Below, piece by piece: positions 38,361 through 49,540 of a stretch of DNA of 64,000 nt (position 1 is its first letter; each line of letters starts with the position of its first letter). Both the position numbers and the translations under genes were made by a program. Source of the DNA: Felis catus (Eukaryota); NCBI RefSeq assembly GCF_018350175.1, contig NC_058369.1, positions 10,976,001-11,040,000 of the forward strand. Reading direction: 5' to 3'. Below the pieces are notes generated by a model, which was not told the DNA's origin, did not search any database, and worked only from the letters and a program-made list of their open reading frames with translations.

Positions 38361-39046
38361 AACAGACACTGCAGGAAAGGATCAAAGCAAATGGAAAGCA
38401 AGAACTCGTACTGGAGGTCACTGAGAAAAATCCAGCATAGCCCAGATGCCAGAGATTACTGTCATTGTTGGCTGGCTTTACCAAAAAAAATATTTTGTTT
38501 ATTTATGATGCTTTAAAAAGTGGATATTGCAATCAGATATGCAAGGATCCATGTTGGTAATTAAAATGATATTAATGGAAGCCCAATTTGAAGGAAAGAA
38601 GAAGGCACAAGGTGCTTCCAGGAAAAGTAGAACATAAGTACAAGGATCTTATTAATTAATGGGAGTACACAAACAGGGTATTGGCTGTGGAGAGACATGC
38701 AGTGAAGCAAGGGCATTTCTTTTTATTTTAATGGGACATCTTAGACTATGCTTCCATATAGATGAAAAGACCCAGACCAAGGAACAATTGCAAATACATC
38801 CTTGCAATAGTGGTGCACGAAACATACACACATTATCTTCTCTCATTCTGGGTATTGGAAAAAAAATTGTGATTAATACATGGAAGTAGGTTTGCTAATG
38901 AGCTTTATTTTGCATTATTTTATAACCTGTGAGGCTGAATGTACTTGTGGGTTTGTTAGTCATCTGACAGCTTCTCTGTTAAAAATTGTGCAAATCCTTT
39001 CCTTTTGGATGGTGTTCTACAAGTGTTTATATTTCTTTTTAATCCT

Positions 39047-39170
39047 TGGGGCACCTGGCTGGCTCAGCCGATGGAGTGTGTGGCTCTTGATCTTGGAGCT
39101 GTGAGGTTGAGCCCCACGTTAGATGTAGAGATTGCTTGAAAATAAGAGCTTGAAAAAAACAAAAATAAAA
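39047..39170 (+). mobile_element. Short older Can-SINE
   Basis: GGGGCACCTGGCTGGCTCAG..GAGCCCCACGTT, A tail. Confidence 0.8.
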
Positions 39171-39499
39171 ATTTGACACCTCGTAACAAAGAATTGGAGT
39201 TTTTATACAAACTGACTATTGGCCATTTAGTTCTTTTATGTATGCATAAATGTATTTGTGAGGAATGTATGAAAGTTTATGAATTTTGTGTGGTCAAATC
39301 TATCAGTCAGTCATATCGGGCTCTCTCAATTGCTTAAAGATTTTTCTTGAGGTATAACTGACATACAACATCCTATTAGTTTCAGGCATACAACATAATG
39401 ATCCCATACTTGTATATATCACAAAATGATCACCACACCTGTCACTGTGCATAGTCACAAACTATTTTCCTGTGATGAGGACTTTCAAGATCTACTCTC

Positions 39500-39728
39500 G
39501 GGGCATCTGGGTGGCTCAGTCAGTTAAGCGTCCGACTTCGGCTCAGGTCATGATCTCACGGTCCGTGAGTTCAAGCCCCGTGTCGGGCTCTGTGCTGACA
39601 GCTCAGGGCCTGGAGCCTGCTTCAGATTCTGTGTCTCCCTCTCTCTCTCTCTCTGACCCTCCCCCATTCATGCTCTGTCTCTCTCTGTCTCAAAAATAAA
39701 TAAAATATTTTAAAAAATTAAAAAAAAA
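39500..39728 (+). mobile_element. Can-SINE inside a minus-strand L1 3' fragment (~39345-39810)
   Basis: TSD AAGATCTACTCT. Confidence 0.9.
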
Positions 39729-39819
39729 TAAGATCTACTCTTTTAGTGACTTTCCAACACGTGATACACTATTATTAACTGTATCATCAGTCTGTCCATT
39801 ACATCTCAGGCATTGCTTT

Positions 39820-40033
39820 TTTATTTTTCTTTTTTTTTAATGTTTATTTACTTATTTTGAGAGTGAGCATGAGCGGTGGTAGAGGCAGAGAAAGAGGAGA
39901 GAGAGAATCTCAAGTAGGCCCTGTGCTGTCAGTGCAAAACCAGACATGGGGCTCGGTCTCAAGAACCATGAGATCATGACCTGAGCTGAAGTCAAGCATA
40001 GGATGTTTAATCAACTGAGCCACCCAGGAGCCC
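39820..40033 (-). mobile_element. Can-SINE
   Basis: Typical body. Confidence 0.85.
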
Positions 40034-40575
40034 CTCTTTTTCATTTCCTTATGAACAAAGTGGGGCAGGCTGGTCAATATTCTTCATGTGTCAGTACTTG
40101 CTATTCACCAGAAAGAAAGTGCTTCATTCTTGGCGGTAATAAATTACCCTTTATGCATGTTTCTGACTTGTTTTCACATCTCTGTTGCTAAAAGAGATGT
40201 GAAATCTTTTCACTCTCTTTTTGGCCTTTGGGGATTAGATCTATTTCTGAAGGTTGCATCACCTTTGGCCATCATCTGGAAGGTATTTTTCTTTACCGAT
40301 TGACTAAAGATCGCCTTTCCATTCTATAAGCCTATTTGAATCCGTATATCTTTATGTAAGATGAAATCACAACTTACCACTTCCTCCCACAAGGTAAATG
40401 CCCTTCTGATATACCTTTTTATTTCCAAGTCTTTGGCAATTTAATCTTGAATTAGTGACCCATGTTGGGGTCATTACGTTGTTGTTCTTGTACGTCTTTA
40501 TGTAACTTAGTAGTAGATTTTCATTCCATTTTGTTGTTTTCATTCAATACAGTTGTTTAGAAACAATAGACTTGG

Positions 40576-40803
40576 GGGGCGCCTGGGTGGCGCAGTCGGT
40601 TAAGCGTCCGACTTCAGCCAGGTCACGATCTCGGTGTCCGTGAGTTCGAGCCCCGCGTCGGGCTCTGGGCTGATGGCTCGGAGCCTGGAGCCTGTTTCCG
40701 ATTCTGTGTCTCCTTCTCTCTCTGCCCCTCCCCCGTTCATGCTCTGTCTCTCTCTGTCCCAAAAATAAATAAAAACGTTGAAAAAAAATTTAAAAAAAAA
40801 AAA
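40576..40803 (+). mobile_element. Young SINEC_Fc-type SINE
   Basis: Near-consensus; TSD TAGAAACAATAGACTT. Confidence 0.95.
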
Positions 40804-40837
40804 TAGAAACAATAGACTTGGGGCGCCTGGGTGACTC

Positions 40838-41375
40838 TGAGAGGCCTGAGAAAATTAAAACTTAAAAGCTTAAGTTATGGGAAACTGAAACCTAACCAAG
40901 CTTAACCAGCTTGTTCCGCTTCTGTACAATTGCTCGGCACTCCCATGTATTCCTGATCAATCATTATTGCCTGGCACATCCGTATATTCTTGATCAACCA
41001 TTGTTACTTGGCACATCCATGTACTCCTGATCAATCATTGTTGCTTGGCACATCCGTGTATTCCTGATCAATCATTGTGATACCCGTACCCCCGGTTGTG
41101 GTCTGACCTAAAGGCAGGAACCAATCGAATACTGTTAAGTGTCCAACTTTAAACACCAACCAATCACAGCTCTGTAACTGTGGAAAATTCCTGATTTCCC
41201 CATGACTTGTTTGTACCTGTCTATAAAAGGGGTGTAAAAACCTCTCTCAGGGCCTCTTGGCGTTACCGGCAAGAGGTCCAGGTTCGAACCTGCAATAAAT
41301 GACCCTTGCTGCTTAGCTTTGACTCTGGACTCTGGTGGTTCGTTTTTGGGGGTCTCTTAGACTCTGGGCGTTTCA
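40838..41375 (+). mobile_element. Solo ERV LTR, 538 bp, class I/gamma-like
   Basis: TGAGA...TTTCA termini; 4-bp TSD ACTC (40834-40837 / 41376-41379); CCAAT boxes, TATAAAA at 41222, AATAAA at 41294; 4 x 37-bp U3 repeats. Confidence 0.9.
40936..41078 (+). repeat. Four 37-bp tandem repeats in LTR U3
   Basis: Units start at 40936, 40973, 41010 and 41047; consensus GGCACATCCGTGTATTCCTGATCAATCATTGTTGCTT. Confidence 0.92.
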
Positions 41376-41794
41376 ACTCAGTGGGTTAAGCGTCCAACTT
41401 CGGCTCAGGTCATGATCTCACGGTTCGTGGGTTTGAGCCCCACATCGGGCTCCATGCTGACAGCCCAGAGCCTGGACCCTGCTTCTGATTCTGTGTCTCC
41501 CTCTCTTTCTGTCCCTCCCCCACTCGTGCTCTCTCTCTGTCTCTCTCTCTGTCTCTCAAAAATGAATACGTGTTTAAAAAAAAAAAGAAAAAGAAAAAGA
41601 AACAATAGACTTAACAGAATGTCATTCTCACTGATAATCTTTGTTCCAGAAGTTCTTAGTTTCTTTTAAAATTTTCTACTTTATGCATGTATACATATTC
41701 ACACACTTGCATACAAATGCTTCAATAAGATGCTATGCACATCTTTATGTTTCAGTGAGGCCTTTTCTTCTACCTTGTGTCCCTTTTTCCTTCT

Positions 41795-42029
41795 TTCTTT
41801 TTTTTTATTTTTTAATTTTTTTAACGTTTTTATTTATTACTGAGAGACAGAGAGACACAGAGCATGAGCAGGGGAGGGGCGGAGAGATGGAGAGACACAG
41901 AATCCGAAGCAGGCTCCGGGCTCCTAGCTGTCAGCACAGAGCCCCACGCGGGGCTTGAACTCACAAACCGTGAGATCATGACCTGAGCCGAAGTTGGACG
42001 CTTAACTGACTGAGCCACCCAGGCACCCC
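41795..42029 (-). mobile_element. Can-SINE
   Basis: TSD TCCCCTTTTTCC-like. Confidence 0.88.
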
Positions 42030-42824
42030 TCCCCTTTTTCCTCCATTCTTAATAATTCTTCGTGGACTTGCCTCCCATCCACTAATACAATGCTGGCTCC
42101 TTATTTCAACATCTGTGTCACCGTCAAGACGTTGCTGTGCAACTCACACATGCAACGGTCATTCATATTTTTTCTTAATATATCACTGCTATGGAAATAT
42201 TTGGGGACTATTAAGTTAAGACCATGCTTCTCAACCTGGGGCAATCTTGTCCCCCAGGAAACGCTGAAGTGATATGCAGATATTTGTCACTGTGAGGCTG
42301 GGAGGGGCAGGCGGCCGTCAAGGATGCTGCTAAACACCGTAGAATTCCCAGGTAGATACCACCACAGAGGAGGATGTGGCCCAGAATGTCAAGCAGAGCA
42401 CAGATTGAGAAACCCTAAGGTGAAGAAAATCTGTATTTTGAATATTTATAGCTGCCTCCAGATTGCTTCCCCATCTTTCCACACTTCCCATTTCTGCCAG
42501 CATGATTAGAGAGTGCCCCTTCCACTGCCAGTTAAGAAGTTCCGTCCCCAATCAACATGGCAGCCCATCTCAGGCTTTCCTGGGAGATGGGTGTGAAAGG
42601 TAAATCCTTCCTGTTATTTTCTCAAACGCTCTACAGTGTCTTGTCAAAAAAGATAAAAACCCAAAGAACGCGAATAACAAAGAAAAGGTGCCACATAAGA
42701 AGAGTGAGAAAGAAACTTGCTTCATCCAAAACCTGGCCATATAAATCAATCGGTCAAATACATGCAGACCAGCCAGAAGGAAAGCAAGCCTTCAGCTCCT
42801 TGATTTCAAAATAGCCCAACTTCT

Positions 42825-43020
42825 GAATTAGTTAACATACAGTGTAGTATTGGTTTCAGAAGTAGATACTACGGATTCGTCACTTACATACAACACCCAG
42901 CGCTCATCCCAACAAGCGCCCTCAATACCCCTCACCCATTTAGCCCATCCCCTCACCCACCTCCCCTCCAGCAGCCCTCAGTTTGTCCTCTGTATTTAAG
43001 AGTCTTTTGTGGTTTCCTCC
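42825..43020 (-). mobile_element. L1 3' end fragment
   Basis: TAGTTAACATACAGTG..CCCAGCGCTCATCCC..TTAAGAGTCT. Confidence 0.8.
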
Positions 43021-43292
43021 TCATGCCCATTTCATTTCTCTCTTTTCTCTCTGTTTACTGAACAGATTGTCCATGTTTTCTTTGAATTTATGTGAAGTAG
43101 AAAATGAGCATACTGATGGGGAGCCCCAAGTTTATTTGCCCGTAGGAATTTCTGGGTACCATTTCCCCATTCTGTAGGGGACAGATAACAAGATCTGGCC
43201 AGCTTGAGGTGTATCTATTGCTGGCCTAACTAGTGTAGCTGGGTGTGATAAAGGCATGACAGTCAGTAGCCCACGAGGCCATAGTGGGTCAT

Positions 43293-43294
<2 letters not shown>

Positions 43295-43330
<36 letters not shown>
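43295..43330. repeat. (GT)n microsatellite
   Basis: Direct observation. Confidence 0.95.
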
Positions 43331-43332
<2 letters not shown>

Positions 43333-44064
43333 GTGAACTGAGGTTAATCCTCAGAGCAGGGATGCCAGGGCTCACATATTCCAAGGTAATTCTTATTGAC
43401 AGGGGCCAGAACTCAGTCAACAGAAGTTATTAATGGGGATGTCCATTTCAACTCACAAGACACTTTTATAACAAAATTAATAAAGTCCTTCAAAAAACTC
43501 ATAAGTGAGGGATTTGCTGTGTCTTTAAGTGTCAGCTGTTGTGGGGTGGCCTCTCCATTCCTCAACACACACTGCCACCACCTCTCACCCCACTCCTCCT
43601 GGCTCTTTCCCCTTGACACCTGGCTTTCTTTTGACACATGATTTTCTGAAACAAGCCCCTTCCTCAGGCCCTTTGCACAGACCTTTGCCCCTGCTGGGCA
43701 CACACTTTCTGAGATCACCTCAGCTTCCTTCCTATCTCCCTCAAGGTCCTGTTCAAATGTCATCCTTTTCTTCACAGCCCCTGTCACCATCTGACATGTT
43801 TTTTGATTATTTTTATTTGCTTATCGTTCTTTCCCCATTCTAGGATGATAAGAAATTTTGGTTTTCAGCACCCTATATTCATTGCATATACAGTGCCTTG
43901 AACATGATCAATAATCAGTATGTACTCTCTAAAGGAGTAAAAAATATTCTCCATAAAACAAGACCATACATTATGCTCAAGGAGCCGATTGAGAGTAGAA
44001 ATGGAATTTTTAATAAGAAATGGTGCTAGGGATGCCCTAATGGGGTTGAGACCATATACCTATA

Positions 44065-44330
44065 TTGTTTTCACTCATATGTGGATCTTGAGAAACTTAA
44101 CAGAAGACCATGGGATAGGGGAAAGCACGGGGGGGGGGGGGGAGTTAGAAACAGAAAGGGAGGGAGGCAAACCATAAGAGACTCTTAAATACAAAGAACA
44201 AACTCAGGGTTGATGGGGGTGGGAGAGAGGGGAAAGTGGGTGATGGGCATTGAGGAGGGCGCCTGTTGGGATGAGCGCTGGGTGCTGTATGGAAACCAAT
44301 TTGAGGATAAAATATATTTAAAAATTTTTT
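44065..44330 (+). mobile_element. L1 3' end ~100 bp upstream of the OR splice acceptor
   Basis: TTTTCACTCATATGTGG..GCAAACCATAAGAGACTCTTAA..GGAAACCAATTTGA. Confidence 0.85.
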
Positions 44331-44445
44331 AAAGGAAACGTATTTCCTGACTCTAAAGTATAAATGGTAGTTCTCACGCTAGGTTAATAGCTTGTGTGAA
44401 CATTAGTGATTTATTTCTCTGTATCCTGGTAGTCATCTCCAACCC

Positions 44446-45429
44446 ATGGAGCCAAGGAACCTTACAGCCATTTCAGAATTTCTTCTTCTGGGATTTTCAG
44501 AGGAACCAGCATTCCAGCCCCTCATATTTGGGCTTTTCCTCTCCATGTACCTGATCACTGTGTTTGGGAACCTGCTCATCCTCCTGGCCGTCAGCTCTGA
44601 CTCCCACCTCCACACCCCCATGTACTTCTTCCTGGCCAACCTGTCCTTTGTAGACATTTGCTTCACCTCCACCACCGTCCCAAAGATGCTCTGGAACATC
44701 CAGACCCAGAGCAAAGTCATAACCTATGAGGACTGCATCACCCAGATGTATTTTTTCCTACTCTTCGCAGGATTGGACAACTACATCCTGACCGTGATGG
44801 CCTATGACCGCTTCGTGGCCATCTGTCACCCCCTACACTACACGGTCATCATGAACCCCCGGCTCTGTGGGCTGCTGGTTCTGGTGTCTTGGATCATGAG
44901 TGTCCTGCATTCCTTGTTACAAACCTCAGTGGTGCTGCGACTGTCCTTCTGTACAGACTTGGAAATCCCTCACTTCTTCTGTGAAATTAAACAGGTGGTC
45001 CAACTTGCCTGTTCTGACACCTTTCTTAATGACATGGTGATGTATTTTGGAGCTGGGTTGCTGGGTGGGGGCCCCCTTGCTGGGATCGTTTACTCTTATT
45101 CTAAGATAGTTTTTTCCATATGTGGCATCTCATCAACTCAGGGCAAGTATAAAGCATTTTCCACCTGTGCATCCCACCTTTCTGTGGTCTTCTTATTTTA
45201 CTGTACAAGCCTAGGTGTGTACCTTAGCTCCACTGCTACCCAGAGCTCCTACTCGGCTGCCATGGCCTCGGTGATGTACACGGTGGTCACACCCATGCTG
45301 AACCCCTTCATCTACAGCCTGAGGAACAGAGATATAAAGAGGGCTCTGAAAAAATCCTTTGGAAAGGAAACTATGAAAGGACCAATTGCCCTGGGGCAAT
45401 TGCACCTGATGGCAGAACTCAAAGCTTGA
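44446..45429 (+). CDS. Olfactory receptor, OR7A-like, 327 aa, intact with frameshift-altered C-terminal tail
   Basis: All canonical OR motifs; NLT glycosylation site; acceptor AG at 44431-44432. Confidence 0.95.
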   Translation: MEPRNLTAISEFLLLGFSEEPAFQPLIFGLFLSMYLITVFGNLLILLAVSSDSHLHTPMYFFLANLSFVDICFTSTTVPKMLWNIQTQSKVITYEDCITQMYFFLLFAGLDNYILTVMAYDRFVAICHPLHYTVIMNPRLCGLLVLVSWIMSVLHSLLQTSVVLRLSFCTDLEIPHFFCEIKQVVQLACSDTFLNDMVMYFGAGLLGGGPLAGIVYSYSKIVFSICGISSTQGKYKAFSTCASHLSVVFLFYCTSLGVYLSSTATQSSYSAAMASVMYTVVTPMLNPFIYSLRNRDIKRALKKSFGKETMKGPIALGQLHLMAELKA

Positions 45430-45998
45430 GAGCCAGAAATGGCAATTCTTTGATCAGATTGTGGACGTAGAAGTTGCTACTTCTATTGATTTCCTGGAAC
45501 ATCTCTTTCTTCGACATCAACTTCTCTGTACACTTTAGGTAACATACTGTATTACCCTTTCTGCGCTCTGGTGTTTAATAGTGTTTCCCTTAGTTGTTTT
45601 CCTACTCTTCTGAATTCATTCCCAATTTTGGACGATATTGGAAATTCCCATTTATTCTGTGAGATTCTATAGATTTGTTAAGAATACCCTCTTCTTAAAT
45701 GAAATATATCATCCTGAGCAATTTTTCTTTTGTTTTACTAAAAAATAATCATGAGTTGTACTACACGATGGAAAAAAACACATTTGGCCCAAATTATAAA
45801 ATTCCATAAGAGACGAAAGTCTGAAAGGACAACTCACCATTTCTGTGTCCATCATTCCTTTAGATATCTGTTCTTCCTGAAAATGTAGACTTTAACCTAT
45901 GGTGTGTTTTATAACAAGTCATTGGGCTTTATTCTCCTCCTTAGGATACTGTTTTCTTATTCAGTGTTCACGTAATCACTAGCAAAAGTGATAATCAG

Positions 45999-46210
45999 GG
46001 GGCGCCTGGGTGGCGCAGTCGGTTAAGCGTCCGACTTCAGCCAGGTCACGATCTCGCGGTCCGTGAGTTCGAGCCCCGCGTCGGGCTCTGGGCTGATGGC
46101 TCAGAGCCTGGAGCCTGTTTCCGATTCTGTGTCTCCCTCTCTCTCTGCCCCTCCCCGGTTCGTGCTCTGTCTCTCTCTGTCCCAAAAAATAAATAAACGT
46201 TGAAAAAAAA
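45999..46210 (+). mobile_element. Young SINEC_Fc-type SINE
   Basis: Near-consensus; perfect TSD AAAAGTGATAATCAG. Confidence 0.95.
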
Positions 46211-46727
46211 AAAAGTGATAATCAGATACATGTCTCCAGGTGTAGTCTACATAGAAACACAAATTCCAAGAAATAATTTGACATAATATGACCACAGAGT
46301 CAGAGATGAAGCAAAATTTCAGTCATGCATCTGTTACTATGCAAACGAATGTTTTCCTGCTACACATTTGCTTATTGACGATGTGAGACTGGCATCCGTG
46401 TGTCGGGGGGTCTATCACTGGGGCCAAAAATCATTGGCATACTTATGTTTCCTATTTCCTTGTGTTCCTGTTTCTTCCTGAAAATGTCCATGTCTCCCCT
46501 AAAACTATGATTCACTGGAGTACAATTGCATATGATAAGCTGCATATATTTAATGTATACAATTTGCTGAATTACAGGAGGCATACAAAAATTAAGTTTA
46601 TAGGGAAACATGGGACTGTCTCTGCAGGGCGAGGGGTGAGACTCCTGCAGCAAAGGACACAGAAAGGGGACACCCTGGCCTCTGTGCCACTGCTCACACT
46701 TTGTCCTTGTTGCAGACGCCCTCCTGA

Positions 46728-47086
<359 letters not shown>

Positions 47087-47109
47087 AAAGCCTTCTTGAA
47101 AGAGATTTC

Positions 47110-47945
47110 CTAGAAAGGGGCATGCTTTTGCACTGCTAGTGAGAATGAAAGCTGGTGCAGCCACTCTGGAAAATAAGATGAAGTTTCCTCAAAAATAAGA
47201 ACTGGAGTTACTCTACAACCCAGCAATGGCACCACGAGGTATTTATCCAAAGGACACAAAAATGCTAATTAAAAGGGGCACATGCATCCCAATGTTTATA
47301 GCTGCACTATCAACCATAGCCAAATTATGGAAAGAGCCCAAATGTCCATCAACTGTTTAACGAATAAAGATGATGTGTCGTATGTGTGTGTGTGTGTGTG
47401 TGTATACACATATATATATACGCATATATATATACACATATATATACATATATATGTGTATATATATATATATATGTATATATATATACACATATATGTG
47501 TATATATATATACATATATATATAATTGAATATTACTCAGCGATCAAAAGAAATGAAATATTGCCAGTTGCAACACGTGGACAGAACCAGAAAGTACCAT
47601 GCTAAGCAAAATAATTCAGAAGAAAAGAAATATCCTATGGTTCCACATATGTAGAATTTAAGAAAAAAAAACAGATGAACATAAGGGAAATGAAGGAAAA
47701 ATAAGATAAAAAGAGAGAAGGAGGCAAACCATAAGAGATTCTTAAATACAGAGAACAAACTGGGGGTTGCTGGAGGGGAGGTGGGTGGGGGGGGTGGACT
47801 AAATGAATGATGGGCATAAAGGAGGGCACATGTTCAGATGAGCGCTGGGTGTTATATATAAGTGATGAATCACTAAATTCCACTCCTGAAATCATTATCA
47901 CCTTATATGTTAACTAACTTGGATTCAAATAAAATTTAAACTTTT
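47110..47945 (+). mobile_element. L1 3' end with internal (TG)/(TA)/(CA) microsatellite at 47382-47525
   Basis: ORF2 C-terminal and 3' UTR motifs. Confidence 0.88.
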
Positions 47946-48774
47946 ATAAAACACCTTTTTTTTGTAAAAACGTTTTAAGCTGAAAGTTCATGAAGAGATC
48001 TGGTTGTATGAAATTATTTGCACACACTCGCCTTAATAAAAGGTGAAATGTTAAAAAAAAAGATTATATACTACATGACTCCCTTTGGGTATAATTCAAA
48101 AAGATGCACAGTAAGTTTTAACTGCTTTGTCATGTTATTGTTAACATTTCATCACCCTGAGCCTCAATTTCCCTATTTCTGAAGGGAATGTGGGGCAATG
48201 AACCCTAACTTCAGGCAGGTGGTGTCAGGAATAAATGAAACGTGTAGAAGCACTTTGTCGAGTCCAAAGAAAATGTTCAAGGTTAGGAGTCTGAGTATGT
48301 ATATGTGTGTGTACATTTGTATACATGTTTCTGTCAAATAAATATATCCACACACGTACGAGTAGACATAAGAGAGTTATTGAAATCCCATCTGTTATGT
48401 TGAAAGAAAACCTGTAAGTTGGAGGGGATAAAAATGAAAAGAATAAACATTCGAATCAACATAAAATAGAAAGAATGTAGAATTTTGACACAAAAGTTTA
48501 AAGTAGAATGAAAGGCCTTAATTTTAATAGGGAAATGTTTTCAATCTCAAATTTTCAAAGGCCTCCGAGTCAAAACCACGTTTACATTTATGCAGTGGGA
48601 TATCACTGTCCAGCGAATGAGGCAATATATCTCCAAACTAAAACTAGTTTTCTCTTTCCATTTAATGTGGGATGTCCATACCAAATGCCTTGACCCGAGG
48701 GAAAGTTCACTGAATGAGCTGAAATGCTCAAACTCTGTTCCTACAAGCAATATTTTTCCAAATAAATGTCTGTA

Positions 48775-49245
48775 ATCAATTCCTGTTGCTGCAGAAACAA
48801 ATGATCACACTCGTGGCTTAACACAAAGATTTATCCGAAGTTTGTGGAAGGTCAGAAGCCTGAAATGGGTCGCATTGGGCTAATATCAAGAGGTCTGCAG
48901 GGCTGTGATCCTTCTGGACACTCTAGAGGAGAATTCACTCCATTTCCTTTTTCCCTTTTTAGTGGCTACCTGCATTTCTTGTCTTATGGCCCTTCTTCCA
49001 ACGTCAAAGCCAACAGCGTAGAGTCTGAAAATGTCTCTCTGATTCCAAATCTTTGTCCTCCCCCTCCCACATTTAGAGGACACCTGTGATTACACTAGTT
49101 CCATCCAGATAATCCAGGCCAATCTTTTTTATATAAAGATCAGTGATTAGCAGCTTTATGCCACCTACTGGCCACATTCCCCTTGCTCTGTAAACAAATA
49201 TTTTCAAAAGTTCTTTGGATTGGGACACCTTTGGAAGCCTACAAA
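48775..49245 (-). mobile_element. MLT1-like LTR remnant (paralogous copy)
   Basis: TTCCTGTTGCTGC..GGCTTAAC..GGTCAGAAGCCTGAAATGGGTC..GATAATCCAGG. Confidence 0.72.
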
Positions 49246-49337
49246 GTGTTTTTTTTCAAATATAAAATAATTGATGTCACTCATTGACCATAGAATTCAT
49301 CAACACCTATAGAATTGTGTGAAAAACATTTCTTTCA

Positions 49338-49454
49338 GGGGCACCTGGGTGGCTCAGTCAGTTAACTGTCCAACTCTTGACCTTGGCTCAGGTCATGATC
49401 TCATGGTTAGTGAAATCAAGCCCAACAGCTGTCTCTATGATGACAGCCTAGAGC

Positions 49455-49491
<37 letters not shown>

Positions 49492-49540
49492 TCTCTCTCT
49501 TTCTCTCCTTCTCTCTCAAAATAAAAATAAATATTAAAAG
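49338..49540 (+). mobile_element. Can-SINE with long (CT)n
   Basis: TSD-like ..TTTCTTTCA on both sides. Confidence 0.85.

Larger units (their letters stand above)
40820..41597 (+). mobile_element. Older Can-SINE split by an LTR (40820-40837 plus 41380-41597)
   Basis: GGGGCGCCTGGGTGACTC|AGTGGGTTAAGCG reads continuously once the LTR is removed; TSD AGAAACAATAGACTT. Confidence 0.9.

Noticed and set aside
40936..41078. 37-bp repeats as a CRISPR-like array
   Set aside because: Head-to-tail repeats without unique spacers, inside a retroviral LTR of a mammalian genome; no cas genes.
45999..46080. tRNA genes
   Set aside because: The A/B-box sequences are heads of tRNA-derived Can-SINEs with (CT)n and A tails.
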